Assembly: GCA_003635255.1 (NCBI GenBank)
Contig: PYJC01000090.1
Coordinates: forward strand, 7,880-71,879
From: Candidatus Poribacteria bacterium
Lineage (GTDB): Bacteria; Poribacteria; WGA-4E; WGA-3G
DNA length: 64,000 bases
Direction of reading: 5' to 3'
Made by a program: the position numbers and the translations under genes. This document shows, one piece after another, positions 1 through 9,116 of this stretch. Position 1 is the stretch's first letter. Each line of letters begins with the position of its first letter. Below the pieces are notes generated by a model. It was given only the letters and a program-made list of their open reading frames with translations. It ran no database searches and was not told where the DNA came from.

Positions 1-1700
1 GTTTCGTTGAGGTTTATGGCGTGTGTTCTGTCAGCGAATTCAAGTGCTTTCATACTTGCCAAATCCATGCGCTGCGCATGAATAAAAGGCGATTGGAAAC
101 TGAGCGTTGTTCCATCGGAGGCTATAATTTGACAGGGTACGATCTCTCCACTTTGCAGATGCAGTGTATGCGGGAACTGCGCTGTGTCAAAATAGTGTGA
201 TGCATCCGATGTAGGTGGTAATAATCGTTTTATACGCTTTACCCGATTATTAGCCAATCGTACAGGTTTCAACGCGCCGATGGACTTCCACTGTATAAGA
301 GCCGATGTCCCCTTCCCATGAAATAAAACGCGTCCGCGTAGGGTGTTCGACGCATAAAATAATTTGTCTTCATTCAACCCCTCTTTATCTCCCCTTATCA
401 GGGGGGTATTTGTTTCAAAACGAAGTCGTGAAACATCTACAAGCGAGCAGGTTATGGGTTCATCTGCGAATGCAGTCTGGAGTAGCACACTGTCCGGTTT
501 TACTTCCACAAACTCACCATGCAATACCACTCCGTCTGGATATTCCAGAGTAATGGGCTGATCTGCTGTGATTAGCGGCGTTCCCGGTTGAACAGCGCGG
601 GTAACCTGTAGCAGATCGACATCTCGACGCGTTCCATCTGTATCAAGGACATAGACATTGTCTTTCTGAACAAACAATTTGCCTTGAATTACCTCATCAT
701 TCATCATGTAGACGCGCGGTTTGGAAAGATCGAGTTGCTGTGCTGTTGGGTCAGCAAACTGAGGGTAAACGCCTAACCGCCGCACTATTAGATCCTCGCC
801 TCTGTTCTGAATATAGAGCCCGGGTCTCTCGGTCGTCGGTTTGACGCCCTCCAATTTTATCAGTAGATTTTCAGCAAAGTCAGATACCTTTAGGACACCC
901 GTGCTTGCATCATAAGCAAGTCGCAAATGGAAGTTCCGTTGTTCCGGTTGAACCGCCAACACAGATTTAAACAGCGTGCCTTGGACAGCCACGAGTTCGT
1001 TTTCCCAGATTTCTAACCGTAATGCTTGGAAGAGATCTTCACCAAGGGCAAAAACAAAGTTCGGAGGTTGTGCAGTGGATGCTAACTCTAATTCAATCTC
1101 AAAACGTTCGGGCCAGTTGAGCGCGTGGAAGATTTCCGCCTTGGCGACACCTGTCTGTGGATGCCCTTCGGCATCTGCATACCAGTTGGAGTGAAGCCTA
1201 TCGAAGAGTAGAGACGTGGGATCGGTCATATCTTTTTCAGGTTTAGATGATTTCCAATTCATCAGTTCGGAACCGTTGAAAAGGAAGTCTTGGCGTTCCT
1301 GCCGCTCAACTCTATCGAGCCTATAAATTGCTGAACGCTTCACCCGAAATTGACCGTGCCGCTCGCTGGAAAAGAGGAAGGTATCGGCATCGGAATCGAT
1401 GAGGTCTGCTACCCAGACATCGCCTGAGACGGCATCAACCCGAAAAGCACCGGTTGTTAACACCGACGGCTTCGGAAAAGCGACTGAATCCAATACACCG
1501 ACATCAAGCACGAGATCGTCCAAAAAGTATGGTGATGTCCAGTGGATCGTTCCTGAACCGCTGCCGTTTAGCTGCCCTGGCAGCATATCGCCATTCTTCC
1601 AGTGCAATAGGAGTTCCCTTTCTTCAGCCTGTACTGTTGGAAACCCTAACGCCGTTAGCACTGCGACTGCAACAAGTATCCTCTTCAGGTGCCGCTGCAT
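1..1700 (-). CDS. large secreted repeat protein, N-terminal ~566 aa only (C-terminus lies beyond the left edge); tandem paralog of 1811..4294
   Basis: Absent from the ORF track because no stop lies inside the window. Minus-strand reading from ATG 1700..1698 (AGGAG 7 nt upstream) gives MQRHLKRILVAVAVLTALGFPTVQAEERELLLHWKNGDMLPGQL... It stays open to position 1 and is collinear with the 827-aa neighbour (LLHWKNGD.LPGQL; FLFSS.RHGQFRV; LHLQSGEIVPCQI vs LHLKNGEVIPCQI). Confidence 0.75.
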   Translation of the reverse strand, partial: MQRHLKRILVAVAVLTALGFPTVQAEERELLLHWKNGDMLPGQLNGSGSGTIHWTSPYFLDDLVLDVGVLDSVAFPKPSVLTTGAFRVDAVSGDVWVADLIDSDADTFLFSSERHGQFRVKRSAIYRLDRVERQERQDFLFNGSELMNWKSSKPEKDMTDPTSLLFDRLHSNWYADAEGHPQTGVAKAEIFHALNWPERFEIELELASTAQPPNFVFALGEDLFQALRLEIWENELVAVQGTLFKSVLAVQPEQRNFHLRLAYDASTGVLKVSDFAENLLIKLEGVKPTTERPGLYIQNRGEDLIVRRLGVYPQFADPTAQQLDLSKPRVYMMNDEVIQGKLFVQKDNVYVLDTDGTRRDVDLLQVTRAVQPGTPLITADQPITLEYPDGVVLHGEFVEVKPDSVLLQTAFADEPITCSLVDVSRLRFETNTPLIRGDKEGLNEDKLFYASNTLRGRVLFHGKGTSALIQWKSIGALKPVRLANNRVKRIKRLLPPTSDASHYFDTAQFPHTLHLQSGEIVPCQIIASDGTTLSFQSPFIHAQRMDLASMKALEFADRTHAINLNE

Positions 1701-1770
1701 CGAACTTCTCCTACAGCGCATCTCATAAATAGTTTGAGAGTATTTCCAACAAAGATTGCTCATAGAAGAA

Positions 1771-1803
1771 ACTCCTAAATCCCCCTTTATCAGGGGGACT
1801 TGG
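1771..1803 (-). terminator. repeat family A, short copy directly after the stop of the 827-aa gene; terminator-like hairpin
   Basis: The minus strand reads TAG ttacacgccaagtCCCCCTgataaAGGGGGatttaggagtttcttct. Confidence 0.5.
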
Positions 1804-1810
1804 CGTGTAA

Positions 1811-4294
1811 CTAATGATCGTGTCCGTGATCTGATGCTTCTGGATCGTCGCCGTACATTGGCTCTTTCGCCGAACGGACGACCCATTCTTCAAAGACAGA
1901 TTTGAAGGATTTTGCCCTCTCTCCGAAGTGGAGGTATTGGATGCTGTTGACTGGCACCGATATCTCTCCGTAGATTGACGAGCGTCCCTGCAGTTTTCCG
2001 TCTTTGATTTCAAGCGGTTCAAAAATGAAAATTGGATTGTCCGTCAACGTAACGCGGACCTCAGATTGAACGGCTGTCGGTTCTCGGGGACCCTCGGCTT
2101 TCAGGAAAAGCGGTTTTTGTTCATCAATTCCGTCTTTTGACTCACGGTTGTTACCGATGACTTCAACGACGCGTGACACCCGATCTATGGGAACAGTGAA
2201 TTTCCGTAATTTTGAATCAAACTGGATCGTCTGTTTATTGATACCCAAGAGTTTTCCGCGTTTCAAATCGCCATTGTTCGCCACGAGGATATGGTTCGGT
2301 GGATTATCACGACTGAAACGTGGGACGGTTAACGCCCGTTCTAATTTTGCGTCAAGCCGTCTACCTCTCGTTTCAAGGGGATCAAAAATAAGTTCAACGC
2401 CTCGCTTAAGGGCAACAGCATCGTTGACAGCAAAGTTTCCGTCAACCTTAACCAATTTCGGCTGTTCCTCTTTTTTGTCGGAAAGTATAATTATTTCGAC
2501 TGCCCCATCTTTGGTCTTGCGTGTCACAGCGTTCAAAATCCGACCGTCTTCAAGTATGACGCGATGCTTACCTTTTCCGCCTGTGATCGTAATGGGATTC
2601 CGATTTTCCGTTCTCGCCTGCACTTTTCCACCGAAGAACTCAATACCTTTCACATACATTGAAGATAGGTGCTGCATCCGAATAAAAGGTGATCGAAAAC
2701 CGATACTTGTTTCATCATACGATGAAATTTGACACGGAATGACTTCTCCATTCTTCAGATGCAACAGATGGGGAAACTGTTCTATGTCAAAAGGTTTCTG
2801 TTTTAATACACGTTTCAAAGACCGCTCTACACGCGCCTCGCGGGCGTTCGCCAACCGAACCGCTCCAGATGCTCCGACAGGTTGCCATCGAAGATCAACA
2901 GCATCTTTGCTGCCAAATAAGATATGACCGCGGAGGCTCCCAGACTCATAAAACAATTTATCATACTCTTCAACGGGTGTTTGCGTGTCGGTTGTTGACT
3001 CGAACTTAAGCACCGAAGCCCCTGCCAGCGAGCAACTTATCGGTTTGTCCGCGAACGCAGTCTGTAGCAACACGCTATCGGGGGTCAAACGTATAATCTG
3101 TCCACGCAAAACGGCACCGTCAATATATGTCAATGCTAAAGGCTGAGGTGTCGGCTTCAACGTAACATCCGGTTGAACGATGCGATCAATCTGTTGCAAA
3201 TCGATATTTTGTCGCGTCCCATCCGTATCAAGCACATAACTTTGGTTTCCGTCAACAAATAACTTACCCGGAACCAACGCTCCGTTCATCATGTGGATCC
3301 GGGATTTGGAAGCATCAATTTGTCGGTTTGTAACCTCAGTAGATTGTCGATAGATCCTTAACCGTTGCACTGTAAGATCTTGCCCGCGGTTAAAGATGTA
3401 GACCCCAGAAGCCTCGACAGTCGGTTTAACACCGTCCAATTTCAATAGCAAATTGCCATTCAAGTCAAGTACCTTCAGTATACCCGTGTTTTCATCACCC
3501 GTATTTTCATGATAGACGATCCGCAGCCGGAAATCCCGTCGGTCTGGTTGAATTGTCAACACAGGTTCAAAGAGGGTGCCTTGAACAACGACGAGTTCGT
3601 TGACCCATGTTTCCAAACGTACTGTTTCGTATAGGTTCTTACCGAGCGCGAAAACAAAGCTGGGAGGTCGCGCGGTAGATGACAACTCCAGATCAACCTC
3701 AAAATGCTTGGGCCAGCCGAGCGCGTAGAAGATGTTTGCCTTGGCGGTGCTTGTCTGCGGACGACCACCGCGATCGGGATGCCAACTCGGTTGTGCCTCT
3801 TGTGCGAACGGACCCACCTTTTCGTCTTTATCTTGCTCAGGGAGTTTCCAAGCCGTTAATTGGGAGCCGTCAAAGAGAAGATTGGAGTGCTCCCGACTCT
3901 CAAGCGTATAAATCATGTCTCGATTCACGCGAAACTGACCGTGCCGCTTGCTGGAAAAAAGAAACGTGTTATCATCTGAACTGATGAGGTCAGCCATCCA
4001 GATATCGCCGGATACCGTACCGACGCGAAAAGCCTCCGTTGCTGACACCGACTGTTTCGGAAAAACAATTGCGTCCAATACATCGGCATCAATAACAAGG
4101 GTATCCGAAAAATGTGGTGATGCCCAGTGAATTTTTCCCTCTTTCCCCGGTTCGCTTTCCAAGAGTTGACCGGGAAGGGTATCGCCATTTTTCCAGTGCA
4201 GTAGTGTTTCCGTTTCTTCAGCCTGTATTGTGGAAATCCACAACAGCATCAGTCCTACGATTGCGGCAAGTATCTTTTTTTGATTCCACTGCAT
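1811..4294 (-). CDS. large secreted protein built from repeated ~45-aa beta-type modules; function unknown
   Basis: 827-aa ORF with GGAG 7 nt upstream of the ATG and a signal-peptide-like N-terminus (ILAAIVGLMLLWISTIQA-EE). Recurrent module x-NG-x-x-[LIV]-x-G-x-L (HWKNGDTLPGQL, HMMNGALVPGKL, HLKNGEVIPCQI, VANNGDLKRGKL). No catalytic motif recognised. Confidence 0.8.
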   Translation of the reverse strand: MQWNQKKILAAIVGLMLLWISTIQAEETETLLHWKNGDTLPGQLLESEPGKEGKIHWASPHFSDTLVIDADVLDAIVFPKQSVSATEAFRVGTVSGDIWMADLISSDDNTFLFSSKRHGQFRVNRDMIYTLESREHSNLLFDGSQLTAWKLPEQDKDEKVGPFAQEAQPSWHPDRGGRPQTSTAKANIFYALGWPKHFEVDLELSSTARPPSFVFALGKNLYETVRLETWVNELVVVQGTLFEPVLTIQPDRRDFRLRIVYHENTGDENTGILKVLDLNGNLLLKLDGVKPTVEASGVYIFNRGQDLTVQRLRIYRQSTEVTNRQIDASKSRIHMMNGALVPGKLFVDGNQSYVLDTDGTRQNIDLQQIDRIVQPDVTLKPTPQPLALTYIDGAVLRGQIIRLTPDSVLLQTAFADKPISCSLAGASVLKFESTTDTQTPVEEYDKLFYESGSLRGHILFGSKDAVDLRWQPVGASGAVRLANAREARVERSLKRVLKQKPFDIEQFPHLLHLKNGEVIPCQISSYDETSIGFRSPFIRMQHLSSMYVKGIEFFGGKVQARTENRNPITITGGKGKHRVILEDGRILNAVTRKTKDGAVEIIILSDKKEEQPKLVKVDGNFAVNDAVALKRGVELIFDPLETRGRRLDAKLERALTVPRFSRDNPPNHILVANNGDLKRGKLLGINKQTIQFDSKLRKFTVPIDRVSRVVEVIGNNRESKDGIDEQKPLFLKAEGPREPTAVQSEVRVTLTDNPIFIFEPLEIKDGKLQGRSSIYGEISVPVNSIQYLHFGERAKSFKSVFEEWVVRSAKEPMYGDDPEASDHGHDH

Positions 4295-4312
4295 TGTTTT
4301 TCTCCATTTTTT

Positions 4313-4392
4313 ATCAGTTACCAGTTACGAGTTACCAGTTTCCAGTTATAAGTCCCGCTTTAACTGGAAACTGGACACTGGTGACTGGTAAT
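4313..4392. repeat. inverted heptamer arrays forming a ~35-bp imperfect hairpin
   Basis: Left arm cagttac cagttac gagttac cagtttc cagttat; loop aagtcccgct; right arm taactgg aaactgg acactgg tgactgg. Lies in the 116-nt gap between two co-directional genes. Confidence 0.9.
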
Positions 4393-4410
4393 TATTTTTC
4401 TGATCGCTAT

Positions 4411-5481
4411 TTATCGCTCGTAAATGGGTAATAGGCGGTAATTCAGTGCCAAAGTGAGGACAGCCATTCCAGTAGCGTAGGCAGAGCCATAGCTGCTTGT
4501 GAAACTCCCGTCTTCTTTCTGCATGCCTTGGAGTCGCTCAATGATCCGTCGATTCCAAGATTGCCATGCTTCAAAGTCGCTTTGAAAGAGTGCCTGTGCC
4601 ATGTAGTACAGATTATAGAAGGCGTACCCACTGTGTGTACTTTGATCCATTCGACGCTTGATGTACTCAGAAGCGGACTTGTACTCTGGGGTATCTTTCC
4701 GCTTTCCGATTGCATAAACGAGTGTTCCGATCGCTGTCCGAGTGACTCCGTCGCCATGGCTGCTCATAGGTTGATAAGAGACACCCCCGCCCCGCATCGT
4801 GCAGGTTTGAAAAAACGTCAACGCCTTATCAATGGCTTCATTGGGGACCTCAATGCCAGCGTTTCGTGCGCCGAGCAATCCCATGAGGACAGTTCCAGAG
4901 ACAGTCGTGTCGGCATCCTGAGACTCCGGTGAGTATCGCCACGCCCCCCAAGGGTTCTTTTTTTGTGCTGTTAATGCACACCGCACGGCGAGTTCCAGTG
5001 CCTTACCGATTGTACGTCGCCGATTCGCCGGGACTTCACTCCCTTTCCAGAGTAGTTCTTCGCTGACTGCACCGTACGCTTCGGAGAGTGCTAACATCGC
5101 GAACCCGTGATGGTACATTGACCCGTGTCCGTATCCCGTCATGTATCCGGTTTTGGGATTCTGATTCATGATCATATTGCGCAAAGCCTTACGGATATTT
5201 GTGGCATAAGGCCCGTAATCCGGGTCTTCACCGCTCGCCATAAATGCCATGACACAAATCCCTGTAATCCCTGCGCCGTTTTGTCCACCTGGCCAGCTGC
5301 CATCCTGCAGTTGTGCGTTAGCGAGATACCGCAAACTCCGGTCATTGATACTTCTGACCGCTGCCGGGACACCCGTGCCGTAGCGGATTGTGGGGTCCTG
5401 TGCGTAAGTGGGTGTAATGGAAAATGTGCCGACCAACATAAAAAAAATGGAAAATCCGATAATGGGTGTGTGTTTATTCAT
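4411..5481 (-). CDS. secreted prenyltransferase / squalene-oxidase-repeat (terpenoid-cyclase fold) protein
   Basis: 356-aa ORF with a signal peptide (FFMLVGTFSITPTYA-QD). Two Q-x-x-DGS[WF] repeats (AQLQDGSWPGG, MQKEDGSFTSSYG) and aromatic-rich helices typical of this repeat family. Confidence 0.7.
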   Translation of the reverse strand: MNKHTPIIGFSIFFMLVGTFSITPTYAQDPTIRYGTGVPAAVRSINDRSLRYLANAQLQDGSWPGGQNGAGITGICVMAFMASGEDPDYGPYATNIRKALRNMIMNQNPKTGYMTGYGHGSMYHHGFAMLALSEAYGAVSEELLWKGSEVPANRRRTIGKALELAVRCALTAQKKNPWGAWRYSPESQDADTTVSGTVLMGLLGARNAGIEVPNEAIDKALTFFQTCTMRGGGVSYQPMSSHGDGVTRTAIGTLVYAIGKRKDTPEYKSASEYIKRRMDQSTHSGYAFYNLYYMAQALFQSDFEAWQSWNRRIIERLQGMQKEDGSFTSSYGSAYATGMAVLTLALNYRLLPIYER

Positions 5482-5514
5482 CAGAGACCTCCAACCCCCT
5501 ATATTCCTGTATGA

Positions 5515-7122
5515 CTATTTCTTCTCCATCCGTTCGCGGAACTCATGTTCAACTCCACCTAGCATAAATGTCACCATTTCTTGCTGCCAAGGACTCAAAC
5601 TCTTGCGATCAGTCTGTTGGAGAAGTTGGTAAAACATACGTCGTGCCACATTTTCGTTCAACAAAGGGGTCATCAATTGTGATGCCGTCATTACTACCTG
5701 TTTTCGCTGTGCATCGTCGAAAATCAGTTGTGTACCCAAGCATGTCACTACTAAATTACGCAAAACTTGTAGGTGAAAAAACGCTTTCTCGGTTCGGATT
5801 TCTTTATATTGTTTAAAAGCATCTTCAGAGAGAACATCTTTGATTGCCTGTTGATAGAGGGGATGCCTTATGATGTCAGAACGAGGGAGTTGTCTTCGTA
5901 TTACACCTTCCTCGTTCCCTAAGTCTCTACGCATATCACTAAGCTCCTCAACAGCCTGTTCACGTTTCATTTCACCAGCCTCAACTAATCCCATAAGTGC
6001 TGCTTCAACTTTACGAAACATCGTTTCAGCATCTTTGTCTCGTGTTTCAAAGTATTGTTGAACTGTCCCCTTGATAGCCACTGTCAAACGCCGCGAGGCA
6101 TTCTCGTCAAGTTCCCCCAAGAGTTCGGTATGCGCCTCCAGTTTTGCTTCAGTGAGCTGCCACAGTTGAGATTCTAAAATCGAAGGAACAACTCCGTTAT
6201 GTGTCCCTGTCTTCCCCGTATTAACCAGCCCCTTCCACACTTTGGACTGTGCTTGGCTCACTATTCCATCCAAAGAGACTTCCAATTCATATTGGAGCAA
6301 ATTTAATGCCTCTTGTAAATCAGTCTCCAACATACTGATTGCGCTCGGGAAAGATTCATTCTCCGCTGTGTCAAGTATCAATTGTTCAACACTTTTGCGT
6401 TGATCCGCTGTCAAATCGAGCTCTTGGTCGAGCCATGCCGTTATTTGTTGAGCAACTGCCTGTTGATCTCGCCGCCGGAGTGTTTTGATGAAATCTATAT
6501 AATCCTGGAGCTGCGCTTCGGTTAGGTATTTAGTGAATGCTGCCCTACAATCCGGGTGTGCAAATAGTCCATCAAGCAACCCTATGCTGCCCTCTTTTCC
6601 TGTCGTTGCGAATTCACTCACGTCGCGGTTTATCTGTTCCAGCACGGTATTGAGTGCTTCAAGAATCGACTGGTGAAGTGCTTCAACAACAGGTTTATCC
6701 AAGTTGTAACGCTCGCCCATGCTTTCAGTGACATGTCGGAGTAAACCCTCGGTCCACCGGTTCGCATCATTGCCTTTTTTCCCCATTCTGAGGGGAACGA
6801 AATGGTCACCGCTATTAACGACTATAACAGGTTTTCCAAGTCGTTTGTTGTAGCCTCTTTTATGGATGTTAATCAAATAACGTCCTGCTGGAAGATTAGC
6901 CCGTTTATACTCGCCGTTGGCATCCGTTTTTGTTGTATGTTCCTTACCGTTTTGTGCAACAATCTTGACTTCAACACCTTCAATTGGGTTCCGCGCTTCG
7001 GTTACATCGGTAATCGTGCCACGGATAGTACCGCCACTCGTGGCATCGTCTTGTGAGAAGACAACACTATTGAACATACCCAGGCAAGCCGTAACTATTA
7101 ACACAAAACTAAAACGAGCCAT
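5515..7122 (-). CDS. secreted CarboxypepD_reg-like beta-sandwich + helical LTxxQ-like protein (paralog 1 of 4)
   Basis: 535 aa with GAGGAGG 10 nt upstream and a signal peptide (MARFSFVLIVTACLGMFNSVVFS-QD). GTIRGTITD..NPIEGVEVKIV..TDANGEYK..LPAGRYLINIHKRGY fits the carboxypeptidase-regulatory-like fold signature. The helical C-terminal half has L-[ST]-x-x-Q-[RQ] helices (LTADQRKSVEQL, FDDAQRKQVV, LSPWQQEMV). Confidence 0.8.
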   Translation of the reverse strand: MARFSFVLIVTACLGMFNSVVFSQDDATSGGTIRGTITDVTEARNPIEGVEVKIVAQNGKEHTTKTDANGEYKRANLPAGRYLINIHKRGYNKRLGKPVIVVNSGDHFVPLRMGKKGNDANRWTEGLLRHVTESMGERYNLDKPVVEALHQSILEALNTVLEQINRDVSEFATTGKEGSIGLLDGLFAHPDCRAAFTKYLTEAQLQDYIDFIKTLRRRDQQAVAQQITAWLDQELDLTADQRKSVEQLILDTAENESFPSAISMLETDLQEALNLLQYELEVSLDGIVSQAQSKVWKGLVNTGKTGTHNGVVPSILESQLWQLTEAKLEAHTELLGELDENASRRLTVAIKGTVQQYFETRDKDAETMFRKVEAALMGLVEAGEMKREQAVEELSDMRRDLGNEEGVIRRQLPRSDIIRHPLYQQAIKDVLSEDAFKQYKEIRTEKAFFHLQVLRNLVVTCLGTQLIFDDAQRKQVVMTASQLMTPLLNENVARRMFYQLLQQTDRKSLSPWQQEMVTFMLGGVEHEFRERMEKK

Positions 7123-7143
7123 CTGTTCTGATCCTCCTCACAA

Positions 7144-9096
7144 TCATCTCCGCCACATCATTGGACCGAACACACGTTTAAATTCACCTTGTTGCCAAGG
7201 TGTCAGAATTTCAAAATTTCTCTGCCGTTGGAAAAGTAGGAAAAACATAGAAATCGGAGGGCTGTTTCGGCGAGAGAAGGGAGCAAAGACCTCCACTGCT
7301 GTTTCTAAGTGTTCCCGCTGTGTGTTATCCAAAAGTAGCTGCGTATCCATGCCCGCCACTACCAGATCCCACAAAGCTTGTCGTCGCCAAGCCCTTCTTT
7401 CAGTTTGATGTGCGCTGTACTGTGCATACGCCTCTTCAGAAAGCACATCTTTGATAGCTTGTTGGTAGAGCCGATGCCCCGTAATGTCTGAAGTACTAAT
7501 TACGCTATTTTTCTCCGATAAATCTTTCTTTATCGCTTCAAGTGCGACCAGAGCTTGCTCGCGAGTCATTTCACCAGCCTCAATTTTTTGCATAAAGTCG
7601 GCTTCAAACCCTTGGAGTGTTTCCTGGTGCCTTTCGTCTCGCGCTTCAAAGTGCTGTTGAACTACACCCTTGGCGGCGATTGCCAAACGCTGTGCGGCAC
7701 GCGCATCAAGGGTGCCTAACAGTTCAGTATGCGCTTGAAGTTTGGCTTCAGCGAATTGCGTCGCGCTTGGAGGCTCCGCAGTGTCTGCTGTATCTTTCTT
7801 TTTTGTGGTTCTGTTGGGGACGAATAGGTCAAATACGTTCTCAACCTTTTTCTTTGTTTTGAGCATTTTGAGGGGGACGAAGTGGTCGCCGCCATTAACG
7901 ATTGTAACGGGTTTTCCGATCCGATCACCGTACCCCTCTTTAAAGATATTGATAAGGTAACGTCCCGCGGGGAGGTCGTCGTGTCTATAGTTGCCGTTCG
8001 CATCCGTTGTGGCTATAAAAGCCCTGCCTCCACCTTCTTGGGCAACGGCAACAATCTGGACTTCAACGCCTTCAATAGGGTTCATTGCCGGTGTTGTGTC
8101 AGTAATCATGCCTCGGACGGTTCCGCCACCCGCCCTAATTTTTTTGCCTGTATCCGTGGTAATCAATCCCAACCAAACTTTGGACTGTGCCTTACTCAAG
8201 ATACCATCGATAGGGATTTTCAACCTGTAGCGTGCCAACTGTGCCGCTGCCTGAGGGCTACTGATTCGCAGGACAGTCATTGCGTTTCCAGCGGCTTCAT
8301 TCTCTATTTTATCGCGCAGCAATTGCACAACCTCTTCGCGTTGCGCGGGGGTCAAACTGAGTTCTTGGTCAAGTCGCACGGTTATTTGATGCGCAGCTGC
8401 ATGTTGATCTCGCTGCTGCCGTGCCGCTGCAAAGTCCAAATAATCCTGAAGCTGCGCTTCGCTGAGGTGTTCGGTGAAGGCTGCTTTGCAAGCCGGACGG
8501 GACAATAACATGTTGAGTAACACGGCGTTACCATTGCCCATCGCCTTTACGAAAGTGTTTGGGCTTTCTGTTTGCGACAGTACGTTGTCAATTGAATTGA
8601 GAATTGACCCATGAAGTGCTTTGACGGCTACCTCGTCGAGATTGTAACGTTTGCCGACACTTTCGGTAACGTGCTGGAGTAAAGACTTAATTCGCACCTT
8701 GACGAGAGCGTCCATTCTGCTCGGTTGCCCTTCAACGAGTGGCATACGCATTTTAGACATTTTAAGTGGCACGAAGTGGTCACCGCCCTCAACAATGGTA
8801 ACAGGTTTCCCACGCCGCTCATCGTATCCTTCTTTAGATATATTAATCAGATAGCGTCCTGCGGGGATACCTGCTTTTTTATAATCGCCGTTGGCATCCG
8901 TTTTCGTTGTGAATTCCGTGCCGTCTTGGGCGACAATCTTGACTTCAACACCTTCAATTGGGTTCTGTGCTGCGGTTGTATCCACAATCGTGCCACGGAG
9001 TGTCCCGCCATTTGCAGCGTCGTCCTGTGCGAAGGTGATACCAGCAAATATACCGACACAAGCCGTGACTATTAACACGAAACTAAAACGAGTCAT
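7144..9096 (-). CDS. paralog 2 of 4, with two CarboxypepD_reg-like domains
   Basis: The ORF-track start 9129 overlaps the upstream gene. I prefer ATG 9096 (MTRFSFVLIV...), which is preceded by GAGGAGG and is homologous to the starts of paralogs 1 and 3. The second beta-sandwich copy (GGTVRGMITDTTPAMNPIEGVEVQIV...RYLINIFKEGY) sits at about 7869..8130. Confidence 0.8.
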   Translation of the reverse strand: MTRFSFVLIVTACVGIFAGITFAQDDAANGGTLRGTIVDTTAAQNPIEGVEVKIVAQDGTEFTTKTDANGDYKKAGIPAGRYLINISKEGYDERRGKPVTIVEGGDHFVPLKMSKMRMPLVEGQPSRMDALVKVRIKSLLQHVTESVGKRYNLDEVAVKALHGSILNSIDNVLSQTESPNTFVKAMGNGNAVLLNMLLSRPACKAAFTEHLSEAQLQDYLDFAAARQQRDQHAAAHQITVRLDQELSLTPAQREEVVQLLRDKIENEAAGNAMTVLRISSPQAAAQLARYRLKIPIDGILSKAQSKVWLGLITTDTGKKIRAGGGTVRGMITDTTPAMNPIEGVEVQIVAVAQEGGGRAFIATTDANGNYRHDDLPAGRYLINIFKEGYGDRIGKPVTIVNGGDHFVPLKMLKTKKKVENVFDLFVPNRTTKKKDTADTAEPPSATQFAEAKLQAHTELLGTLDARAAQRLAIAAKGVVQQHFEARDERHQETLQGFEADFMQKIEAGEMTREQALVALEAIKKDLSEKNSVISTSDITGHRLYQQAIKDVLSEEAYAQYSAHQTERRAWRRQALWDLVVAGMDTQLLLDNTQREHLETAVEVFAPFSRRNSPPISMFFLLFQRQRNFEILTPWQQGEFKRVFGPMMWRR

Positions 9097-9116
9097 TTGG
9101 TTGATCCTCCTCACAA

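Noticed and set aside
376-413. Family-A-like hairpin word (ctccccttatcagggggg) inside the partial CDS, encoding ..PLIRGDKEG.. (an RGD motif)
   Set aside because: It is in frame and about the same length as the corresponding segment of the paralog. It is too short and diverged to call an insertion, and the RGD is probably coincidental.
2148-2732. Long antisense ORFs inside strongly supported genes (also 7882..8508, 15832..16407, 33543..34022, 51591..52118, 54335..54712 and others)
   Set aside because: These are shadow ORFs opposite genes with clear domain content. Their translations are low-complexity (Ser/Arg/Pro-rich) and lack SD sequences or recognisable motifs.
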